DNA of 63,601 nt, the filler included, from Octopus bimaculoides (lineage: Eukaryota), in assembly GCF_001194135.2 (NCBI RefSeq). It is 3 parts of 3 records of this genome, joined end to end, with 100 filler letters (N's around TTAATTAATTAA, not from the genome) between each part and the next. Parts side by side here need not be neighbours in the genome. Positions count along the whole stretch, not along the records: positions 37,045 to 63,601 come from NC_068982.1; 2 more parts are not named here. The stretch is one strand, 5' to 3'. Made by a program: the position numbers and the translations under genes. Below, piece after piece: positions 54,271-63,601 of the stretch. Under the pieces are notes generated by a model that saw nothing but the letters and a program-made list of their open reading frames with translations, was not told the DNA's origin and made no database searches. How positions within the stretch are numbered: the first letter of the stretch is position 1; every line of letters starts with the position of its first letter.

Positions 54271-54744
54271 TAGCAAGTTGCCTTTTGTACACATATCTAC
54301 ATGCACACCATATCATAAGTTTGCTATCAAATGTGAGCTTGACCTGATTTTATAACAACATACAGAAAGTTATTTCAGGATGAGTGACAGATAAAAAACA
54401 ATAATGTACAGAAAAATTTTAAAGAGCATATTAGAAATAAACAAGTTGTTAGAGGAATCATCAGAGCTGGATTAAGATTTCGTGGGCCCCACCCACTTCG
54501 GTTACAAATACTGAAATCCACAAATAAGATTTTCAAAGTGAAAAGAAAAGAGTTAAAGAAAAATTCAATTCATTTCTTACATAGCTGACAATAAGATAAA
54601 TTCAAACATTGTGATCAAGAAACAGGTTTGCGTGTTTATGAATGAATGAAACTTTTACCCTCTGTTCACCCTAAAGTATACAATAACCTCTGTTTGCCTT
54701 CATAAGCTTACTACTATATATGTATATATATATATATAGAAAGC

Positions 54745-55407
54745 AGCGAATGTATACGGAAACAAGGATGCACACCAGCTCAATTCAATTCGTCCTTAGT
54801 CGAAAGACCCTGTTGTCATGTCCTGTTATTATTTTTATTGTATTTGTGTAACATTGTCCGTTTTTTTCTGTCCTTGTTTTTGATTACATTTGCTGCTTTC
54901 TTCCAAGGAATCTAATGCTCTTAGCTTAGTTTTTCCTTGGGACTGGCCAGATTGGAGCAATCTCGAGTATAATCAGCTGAAATTGTGAAGATAATCTGGT
55001 ACTCGACTGAGAAAAGAAAACTCCAAATGACCCGTCCTTGTTTTCTTTGTATCGTCTATTTGAATGTTTTGTTGTCCCGTTTTTGTATCACCTAACTGTC
55101 TGGATGTTTTGCATTCTTGTTCCATTTTGTATTTTATATATGCTCTGCATTGACAAGGGGCAACACTCTGAAACTAGTCTGCAGATGCCAAACCAGCAAG
55201 GGGAAACTGCTGACCTCCCCTGTTCGAAGGTTATAAAGGACACAGGTTTCGTGTGTCACATAGCTAGCTAGAGGCGATGGCTTCTTGGAGCTAATTCACG
55301 GCAGCTTTCGTCCTAATTTTGGGACTGCCATGTTGGCTTGGCGATAACTATTAATTTCCAGTACCGCTGCCGTAGTCTCCTTTAGAGAGACTTAGAAATA
55401 TTAATAA

Positions 55408-55410
<3 letters not shown>
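54745..55410. mobile_element. Non-coding interspersed repeat carrying hammerhead-like motifs (PLE/retrozyme-like)
   Basis: About 660 bp bounded by (TA)n tracts on both sides, no ORF, contains the fold at 55142-55188. Confidence 0.5.
55142..55188 (+). ncRNA. Minimal type I hammerhead ribozyme-like motif (U3-A8 core variant)
   Basis: Stem I TCTGCA/TGCAGA; core TTGACAA; stem II GGGG-CAACA-CTCT; GAAA; stem III AC-TA-GT; cleavage triplet GTC (C17 at 55179). Confidence 0.6.
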
Positions 55411-55482
<72 letters not shown>

Positions 55483-55642
55483 CACATATGTGTATGAGTA
55501 TGTTGATAACCTTATATTGTGTAGTTCAAAGTTTCTCTACAGTTATCAGTTACTATATGCTATCATACAGCAGGAATACTTGTTTTACTGGATAGACATG
55601 TGGAAACCCATTAGTGTACACAGAATTCATGCAAAAAGAAAT

Positions 55643-56075
55643 TTCATCATCATCATCATCATTTAGCACTTGTTTTCCATGCTGGCCTGGGTTGGACGGT
55701 TTGACCAGGGACTGGCAAGCCAGTAGGCTGCACTAAGCTCCAATCTGATCTGGCAAGGTTTCTACATCTGGATGCCCTTCCTAACGCCAACCACTCTGAG
55801 AGTGTAGTGGGTGCCTTTTATGTGCCACCAGCATGGAACCCAGTCAGGCAGCACTGGCATCGACCACAATCAGATGGTGCTTTTTACATACCACCAGCAC
55901 AGGAGCCAGTTGGGGGTAGGGGCAGGGGGGATAACCGACAGTGGGAGCCAGTCAGGCAGCACTGGTATCGACCCATGCTTGAATGGTGCTTATTACGTGC
56001 ACTGAGCACAGGTGCCAGTCAGGCAGCACTGGCATCAGCCACAACTACAATTTCCATTTTGATTTTGATTTGATT
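55643..56075 (-). mobile_element. Retroposon 3' end with (GAT)n tail and internal tandem subrepeats
   Basis: Homologous to 40372-40665; repeated cagtcaggcagcactggcatc units. Confidence 0.7.
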
Positions 56076-56664
56076 TTACGTGACTCAATAAGTCTTCTCA
56101 AGTGCACCATATCGCCCAATGATTCAAGGATACTCTTAAATGGGCTGGTTATACCACACTAGTATAGGCCACAGCTGTGATCTCAAAAAGATGGAATGAA
56201 CAGGCTTTAATCCAAATGCCAATTGTTCTTGTGCATTAGCATCAGCTGTTAATTGCTGAGTTGTTACACATTTTATTTCTATTTTCTATTTTATTTTTTA
56301 ATTCTTCATAAGTCATTTTATCGCTTATGTGAGAAGAGTTCTGTATTATAAACGCAATTTCTTGTGTAGATGAGTAGCGAACTACAACTACCAAAATGTA
56401 TCCTAATGGAAATAAGTGAAATGGAGATTAAAAGGTGAGGTGCCTTTTGACAAGTCACCTGACAAGACACATCTGCAGCACCTTATGATGCACCACAACT
56501 GCTTGTATAGCATCTCACCAGTGAGGCACTGATTCATGAATGGGTTCGGAAGGCCGACATCTTGGCCGCGATACGAGCCGCGCGATTGTAGTGAATAACA
56601 GAGTCTCATGAATTCCATTTTCTTTCTCTCTTATTTTATACATACATACACTGATATATACATC

Positions 56665-57085
56665 AAAGGTATGTCAGAACCAGGAGGTATTCACATCTTT
56701 AAAAACAAGGAATACTGGAGGAACACCCCAATAAAAACATCAATTCAATGCAAACATTACATTGTCCTCTGATATTGTTCTGTGGGACAGGGGACAAAAC
56801 TCATGCACTGTTGTAGAGGGCAGCTGCCCAGTGGATGTGCCTGTGCATTTAAAAGTGCAGGCAAAAGATTTTTTATGATGAATTAATGCGGAACTTACAT
56901 CTCTTGTACCCTGACTATGAACTCTCATTTGTACCTACCATCAAAAGTCCATTAGGTTATGTACCAACACGTTTCCAGAAAAAACTAGAAATACACAGTT
57001 TCACGGACAAAGAACAAAAGAAACTGACACGGTTTCTCTAAATCCAATATTAGTGGTACAATGATAAGTTGTTAGACAATCCAAT
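56665..57085 (+). mobile_element. REL-endonuclease non-LTR retrotransposon C-terminal fragment
   Basis: KEYWRNTPIKTSIQCKH..DIVLWDRGQNSCTVVEGSCPVDV..., then YDELMRNLHLLYPDYELSFVPTIKSPLGYVP across frameshifts. Confidence 0.7.
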
Positions 57086-57289
57086 AAGTTCTTTATCTGA
57101 GGTTCCTATGTGAATAGATGCACACACTTAGGTGTAAGCATCAATAACATATTTACAAACCAGCAACATATTTACAATCCAACCACATATTTACAAACAC
57201 CAGGATCTCTTTTAACTCAAAAAGTCTTGTCGCTTTGTTAGCTACTGTCTTCAACTCTCCCACAAAGAACTGACATAAAAAGAAAAATC

Positions 57290-57545
57290 ATACATACATA
57301 CATGGTGGTTGTCTACTCCTTACACAGAGTTTGACCATCTCCTGTACCTACACCTTAGCTCCTTCATGGCGTCTTATGTGGCTTTTTAAACCAGATAATG
57401 TTCTGAAAAAACATCCACACAGATTGCACCTCTGATTTGTACTACCAAAACCTGCAGGTAAGTTCTGCTCATTGTGGATCTTAACATGTCTTTTAAGACC
57501 CCCATTGGATTTGCAAGCCTTCTGGCACACACCACATTCAAACGT
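57290..57545 (-). mobile_element. LINE ORF2 3' end with two C2H2 zinc fingers
   Basis: CGVCQKACKSNGGLKRHVKIH and CNLCGCFFRTLSGLKSHIRRH with no TGEKP linker. Followed by a stop, a short 3' UTR and a (TATG)n tail; the 5' side is truncated at a microsatellite. Confidence 0.6.
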
Positions 57546-57569
57546 GTGCATATACATACATACATACAC

Positions 57570-57900
57570 AGCGTGGCACCTTGGGCAAGGGTCATCTACT
57601 ATATCCTTGGGCCAACCAAAGTCTTGTGAGTGAATTCATTAGAGAGAAACTGAGAGAAGCTCATCGTATATATATATATATATATGTATATAGCTATGTG
57701 TGTGTGTCTTTGTCCCCCTACCCACCGCTTGACCACCAGTGTTGGTGTGTTTACGTCCCTATAATGTAACAGTATGACAACAGAGACTGATAGAATAAGT
57801 ATCAGGCTTAAAAAAAAAGTCAGTCTTGAGGTCAATTTGTTCAACTAAAACCCTTCAAGGTGGTATCCCAGCATTGCCGCATTCAAATGACTGAAACAAG
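57570..57900 (+). mobile_element. 5'-truncated SINE, family A
   Basis: gcgtggcaccttgggcaag...gactgaaacaag. Confidence 0.7.
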
Positions 57901-57992
57901 TGTAGTGGCTTCATGCAGGCATGGTGTGGATTCAATCCTCGATCACCAAATTTCACTTAACAGTTCAACAGCACTTTTATCACGGTAAAATA

Positions 57993-58208
57993 TTGGGTTG
58001 GTGCATAATTATTGCGGCTTTTTTTTCAACAAAAACATCTTTAAATGACGGTCTGACCGTCCGCCAAGCAAATGGGAAGCAGTAATTGAAGTAGATGGTG
58101 AATATGCTCCGGAATAATCATTTAAATGTGTTTTTGTTACATGTTGTTATTGTTCTTGTTGAATAAAATTTGTTGAAAAACAGCCGCAATAATTATGCAC
58201 CAACCCAA
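57993..58208 (+). mobile_element. Mariner deletion derivative (MITE)
   Basis: TIRs TTGGGTTGGTGCATAATTATTGCGGC / GCCGCAATAATTATGCACCAACCCAA. TA on the left (TC on the right). Internal transposase C-terminus PSKWEAVIEVDGEYAPE*. Confidence 0.9.
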
Positions 58209-58502
58209 TCGTTTTTCTGCGAGTGACAGCAGTTACATTTGCCAGATGCCTTCGCTAAACAGAATAATGTCTTTGCTACTTAACTCTTCTAACCTCTTCT
58301 AGGCCATCAAAAGTTAGAATAGAGATAACAGGTACCACCAACAAAATTTATTGCTCTCAACAATATGTCTTTCCTTCTAGCTGGTTTTGCATAGTTATAA
58401 ATACTAGAATTTGGTAAGGCAGTGAACTAAGACCAAATAGCATCATGGCCACAAGCAGGCAGCCACTAAAATGCAAAGAGCCTGAGGGAGAAAGGTTACA
58501 CA

Positions 58503-58560
58503 ACTTACCTCAACTCTATAACTTTCACTAACTCAATTTCTTTTCTCGTACAGCATTCTA
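58503..58560 (-). other. Candidate upstream non-coding exon end of the SLC27A transcript
   Basis: Consensus donor GAG|GTAAGT on the minus strand (exon end 58509) near where CpG density rises. The acceptor at 38041 requires an upstream exon. Other candidate donors: CAG|GTAAGT at 38975 and TAG|GTAGTT at 61940. Confidence 0.3.
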
Positions 58561-58825
58561 CCACTATCTGTGGTTTTCTACTACAATAAGAATGTGTACA
58601 CACATACAGGCCGAAATTAACTTTCTTAACCTAGCATGCTCCTTCAATTATATCACACCTGCCCGTCGAGGTATGGCATCATATTAAGTAACAGTAAATA
58701 AATATTTCTTTACAACTTCGATCCCTGTTCTTTCATATTGCACATCTGCAACAGCAAGACCTGTTACAATTGCTAACATGTATCGTAATACAAACCGTTA
58801 CACTGGCAACCAATACCTTAACCGT

Positions 58826-60017
58826 GTCTGTGTGGTAAGTAGCTCGCTTACCAACCACATGGTTCTGGGTTCAGTCCCACTGCATGGCACCTTGGGCAAG
58901 TGTCTTCTACTATAGCATCGGGCCAACCAAAGCCTTGTGAGTGGATTTGGTAGACGGAAACTGGAAGAAGCCCGTCGTATATATGTATGTATGTATGTAT
59001 GTATATATGTGCCTGTATATGTTTGTGTGTCTGTGTTTGTCCCCCAACATCGGTTACCAACCGATGCTGGNNNNNNNNNNNNNNNNNNNNNNNNNNNNNN
59101 NNNNNNNNNNNNNNNNNNNNNNNNNNNNNNNNNNNNNNNNNNNNNNNNNNNNNNNNNNNNNNNNNNNNNNNNNNNNNNNNNNNNNNNNNNNNNNNNNNNN
59201 NNNNNNNNNNNNNNNNNNNNNNNNNNNNNNNNNNNNNNNNNNNNNNNNNNNNNNNNNNNNNNNNNNNNNNNNNNNNNNNNNNNNNNNNNNNNNNNNNNNN
59301 NNNNNNNNNNNNNNNNNNNNNNNNNNNNNNNNNNNNNNNNNNNNNNNNNNNNNNNNNNNNNNNNNNNNNNNNNNNNNNNNNNNNNNNNNNNNNNNNNNNN
59401 NNNNNNNNNNNNNNNNNNNNNNNNNNNNNNNNNNNNNNNNNNNNNNNNNNNNNNNNNNNNNNNNNNNNNNNNNNNNNNNNNNNNNNNNNNNNNNNNNNNN
59501 NNNNNNNNNNNNNNNNNNNNNNNNNNNNNNNNNNNNNNNNNNNNNNNNNNNNNNNNNNNNNNNNNNNNNNNNNNNNNNNNNNNNNNNNNNNNNNNNNNNN
59601 NNNNNNNNNNNNNNNNNNNNNNNNNNNNNNNNNNNNNNNNNNNNNNNNNNNNNNNNNNNNNNNNNNNNNNNNNNNNNNNNNNNNNNNNNNNNNNNNNNNN
59701 NNNNNNNNNNNNNNNNNNNNNNNNNNNNNNNNNNNNNNNNNNNNNNNNNNNNNNNNNNNNNNNNNNNNNNNNNNNNNNNNNNNNNNNNNNNNNNNNNNNN
59801 NNNNNNNNNNNNNNNNNNNNNNNNNNNNNNNNNNNNNNNNNNNNNNNNNNNNNNNNNNNNNNNNNNNNNNNNNNNNNNNNNNNNNNNNNNNNNNNNNNNN
59901 NNNNNNNNNNNNNNNNNNNNNNNNNNNNNNNNNNNNNNNNNNNNNNNNNNNNNNNNNNNNNNNNNNNNNNNNNNNNNNNNNNNNNNNNNNNNNNNNNNNN
60001 NNNNNNNNNNNNNNNNN

Positions 60018-60099
<82 letters not shown>

Positions 60100-60330
60100 G
60101 TATGTATATATGTGCCTGTATATGTTTGTGTGTCTGTGTTTGTCCCCCAACATCGGTTACCAACCGATGCTGGTGTGTTTACGTCTCCGTAACTTAGCAG
60201 TTCGGCAAAGAAAGACCGATAGAATAAATACTAGGCTTACAAAGAATAAGTCCTGGGATTCGATTTCTTCGAATAAAGGCGGTGCTGCAGCATGGCCACA
60301 GTCAAATGACTGCAACAAGTAAAAGAGTAA
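58826..60330 (+). mobile_element. SINE, family A, split by an N gap
   Basis: 5' half at 58826-59070 and 3' half at 60018-60330. Confidence 0.85.
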
Positions 60331-60830
60331 ACACCTTCGTTACACAAATAAAAAGCAAAAGACACGTACATGCGTGCGCACACACACACATATAGTCCTT
60401 TTTTATTGATAATTTCGGGTATTTCACTTCGATTTCGTAACTCATTAAAAAAAAAAGCCCATTCATTAATCCGAGGTAATTTGCCGAGACAAGTAATACT
60501 TCTTCAATGAAATAATAAACGCAGTGGAGTGACAGAACGTTCCGCCAAATGTTTTTGATATTCAGTAACTACCCAACTGCGTTCAGATCAATTTCAGGAT
60601 GAATAGAATAAAGTCAAAACTTTTATTCGATACAATATTTCTGCAAATTTAATATTTCTATAAACCAAACTAGATGGCAGCCAAGTTGCGCTCAAATCAC
60701 GCCTGTCTTGACGTAAACAACTTCCATCGCCACTAGTGGTGTTTCCAAGTGAACCTCTACGCCGCCTCTCGATTGCAAGAAAAAGCAGCCAAATTTTCAA
60801 ATTGTACTCAACAGCTTTACAACTTATAAT

Positions 60831-61160
60831 TTATTACCCCCGCCTTCAATTGTTTTCAGTAATGTTTGTATGTTTGTCTGTGGACAATATATCTCAAGAA
60901 CGGCTGGATGGATTCGGCCAAACTTCCAGGAATGTTTGGATCGATTCGGTACCGTACAAGGATTCTGGATTATTATTCCGATGTTTTTTTTTACTTAATT
61001 TTGGGGAGCTGTCAGATTGATTTTTAGTATTCTCGTTTGTGAGAGCAGTCGAGTTTATTTCAGATATTCTCTTTTTAAAAATCATCTCCGGCTAATCGTT
61101 GAGAGAACGCTGGTGTTAGTGTTGCCTTGGCGGAGGTTTGTGCTCTCTAAGTGCTCTTGT
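60831..61160 (+). mobile_element. Helentron-associated (HINE/DINE-1-like) non-autonomous element
   Basis: Subterminal inverted repeats ttacccccgcc / ggcggaggt, a 5' GTTT/GTCT-type repeat and a short 3' hairpin gtgctctctaagtgc. Confidence 0.5.
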
Positions 61161-61853
61161 TTTTATTGCTACGTTTAAAAAAAAAAACTTTTCAACAAAT
61201 AAATCATTCAAACATTCACTGTTTCTCCCATTTTCTTTCCTTCTATGTATAACAACCGAAGGACAGTTGATACTACGTCTGCTACAAAATCTGTGCTAAA
61301 CAAATTACAACACTAATTAAATCTACATGACAATATATAACTAATTTCTTATATAAAATGAATAAATAATAATTATTATTATTATATAATCATTTTGCTC
61401 ACCAGAAGAGTAACAAAATAAAAAAAAAACAATAAGAAAGTAATCAAAACTCACACGATAAGATTCAGGCGTAACTAGAATAGTCCTAGTTTGACAGGGT
61501 AAGCAATGAGACTACTGATATATAAACTTTAGAGCATGGTAATGATAACGACGACGACGACGATAATGCACTCTTGCTATACCTCTTTCTTTTTTCTCTT
61601 GTTTTTATTGCTACGTTTAAAAAAAAAAAACTTTTCAACAAATAAATCATTCATACATTCACTGTTTCTCCCATTTTCTTTCCTTCTATGTATAACAACC
61701 GAAGGACAGTTGATACTACCTCTGCTACAAAATCTGTGCTAAACAAATTACAACACTAATTAAATCTACTGACATGACAATATATAACTTTCTTATATAA
61801 AATGAATAAATAATTATTATTATATAACCATTTTGCTCACCAGAAGAGTAACA
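61154..61853 (+). repeat. Local direct duplication of about 260 bp
   Basis: 61154-61415 and 61596-61853 are near-identical, with a few substitutions and small indels. Confidence 0.9.
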
Positions 61854-61989
61854 GATAAATAGATGTTTTATATTTCGCTTAAGCATAGTAGTACTATAAT
61901 AATCTGTTGTTAGTCGAATAATATGTGTAGTGAAACTACCTATCGCCATTAGATACAAAACTGCTATCCCCATTCTTCTCATTTAAATA

Positions 61990-62130
61990 TAAACAAGCGC
62001 GGGCGTAGCGGAAAACATCAACCTTGTCATCACGTGACTGATCATTATTCGAATCGGCAACTTCTTCGAACCGTTCCCGCCAGAACGCAAACTGACCAAT
62101 TACGGCCCCTAATAAGGTCACGTGATAGAG
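61990..62130. promoter_or_regulatory. CpG-rich candidate promoter with two inverted ATCACGTGAC E-boxes and a CCAAT box
   Basis: ATCACGTGAC at 62029-62038, its exact reverse complement GTCACGTGAT at 62117-62126, CCAAT at 62096-62100, in locally CpG-rich sequence. Confidence 0.45.
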
Positions 62131-62238
62131 TATTTTTCTGAAGCCTTCGGGAGCCGATAGTTTGTTATAAATAGCTTTAACTCGGCGGCCAAATTCGTCT
62201 CGGTTCAGTTTCTCTTTGAGATCTGTTCCGTGTACCAC

Positions 62239-63601
62239 ACGACAGCAGCAGCGACACATCAACAGCTTCGTCCAACGATGATCACCGCCGCCGCCACATC
62301 AGCAACATGAGTCTACGACTACTAACCAGCATCATCGTCATGACCAACACGATTCTACGATTACTACNNNNNNNNNNNNNNNNNNNNNNNNNNNNNNNNN
62401 NNNNNNNNNNNNNNNNNNNNNNNNNNNNNNNNNNNNNNNNNNNNNNNNNNNNNNNNNNNNNNNNNNNNNNNNNNNNNNNNNNNNNNNNNNNNNNNNNNNN
62501 NNNNNNNNNNNNNNNNNNNNNNNNNNNNNNNNNNNNNNNNNNNNNNNNNNNNNNNNNNNNNNNNNNNNNNNNNNNNNNNNNNNNNNNNNNNNNNNNNNNN
62601 NNNNNNNNNNNNNNNNNNNNNNNNNNNNNNNNNNNNNNNNNNNNNNNNNNNNNNNNNNNNNNNNNNNNNNNNNNNNNNNNNNNNNNNNNNNNNNNNNNNN
62701 NNNNNNNNNNNNNNNNNNNNNNNNNNNNNNNNNNNNNNNNNNNNNNNNNNNNNNNNNNNNNNNNNNNNNNNNNNNNNNNNNNNNNNNNNNNNNNNNNNNN
62801 NNNNNNNNNNNNNNNNNNNNNNNNNNNNNNNNNNNNNNNNNNNNNNNNNNNNNNNNNNNNNNNNNNNNNNNNNNNNNNNNNNNNNNNNNNNNNNNNNNNN
62901 NNNNNNNNNATTTAAACGCGTCACACGGTCGAACACAAAATATTATATCAAAGATGATATACATAAGATATGTTATACTACGATAACACAAATAGCCAGT
63001 AATGAGACGATAGAAAAGACAACCGTATGAGATGAATAACAGATATTTATTATGGCGTTAAAGATGTATGTCTGAGTGTGAGTGTGAATGCGACATATAA
63101 AAACATAATCAAAGACAGGCCGTCATACAAAGAAAAGTGTGTATGTGAGTGATACATGTATGTGTATGTGAGATATTACAGCAGATAGAAAGAGAGTCAG
63201 TAACCGTGAGCATTTATACCAGTTCTTAGAGTACCAGTATGAGTCTGTATGGGAAAGAAGTGAGGCGTATGTTTGGCAGAGCTGATCACTAGTTGTGTTT
63301 TGGCTTCGATGCCAGGGCAGATTCTTCGTTATACAGATGTTCGTCGCTGGCTGAAATCTCTTGTCTGTTTATTTATCGTGGTGAAGCTAAGTCACCTAAC
63401 AGAATCGAAGAGAGAGATGTGCCACGGTGGTTTAGTTTGGTGTACATAGTAAGTCGTGTTGATGCTGGTTAGTAGTAATCGTAGAATCGTGTTGGTCATG
63501 ACGATGATGCTGGTTAGTAGTCGTAGACTCGTGTTGCTGATGTGGCGGCGGCGGTGATCATCGTTGGACGAAGCTGTTGATGTGTCGCTGCTGCTGTCGT
63601 G
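62239..63601. repeat. Inverted duplication across an N gap
   Basis: 62239-62367 is the reverse complement of about 63473-63601, with one mismatch seen. Confidence 0.9.

Noticed and set aside
61936-62262. 108-aa minus-strand ORF in the CpG-rich region
   Set aside because: No recognisable domain; open frames are expected in GC-richer promoter sequence.
1892-63000. Most ORFs in the supplied track (YIYI, HTHT, LSLS, poly-I/N/L, long X runs)
   Set aside because: They are translations of microsatellites or run through N gaps; no protein signal.
1-63601. CRISPR array or prokaryotic operon
   Set aside because: Eukaryotic intron/TE landscape; the 30-bp array has no unique spacers.

Overview
AT-rich, microsatellite-dense eukaryotic DNA with many N gaps. 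The SINE/LINE families look cephalopod, probably Octopus (inference from recognised repeat sequences). Only one host coding exon is supportable: the first coding exon of an SLC27A/FATP-type long-chain acyl-CoA synthetase on the minus strand (37620-38004). It lies about 575 bp from an artificial scaffold spacer, and no later exons are visible. The rest is transposon-derived: an LTR-to-LTR Ty3/Gypsy element lacking RT/RNase H, a second rearranged Gypsy relic, REL-type (R4/Dong-like), CR1-like and Penelope-like non-LTR fragments, a hAT relic, Helitron/Helentron-type elements, mariner, piggyBac and hAT MITEs, and many tRNA-derived SINEs. The most interesting unexplained signal is a set of type I hammerhead-ribozyme-like folds inside repeats (55142-55188, 32984-33053, 12684-12727 and two weaker ones). 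The best one carries a compensatory U3-A8 core pair and a palindromic stem III. All folds and translations were done by eye, and repeat boundaries are approximate unless TSDs or TIRs are quoted.
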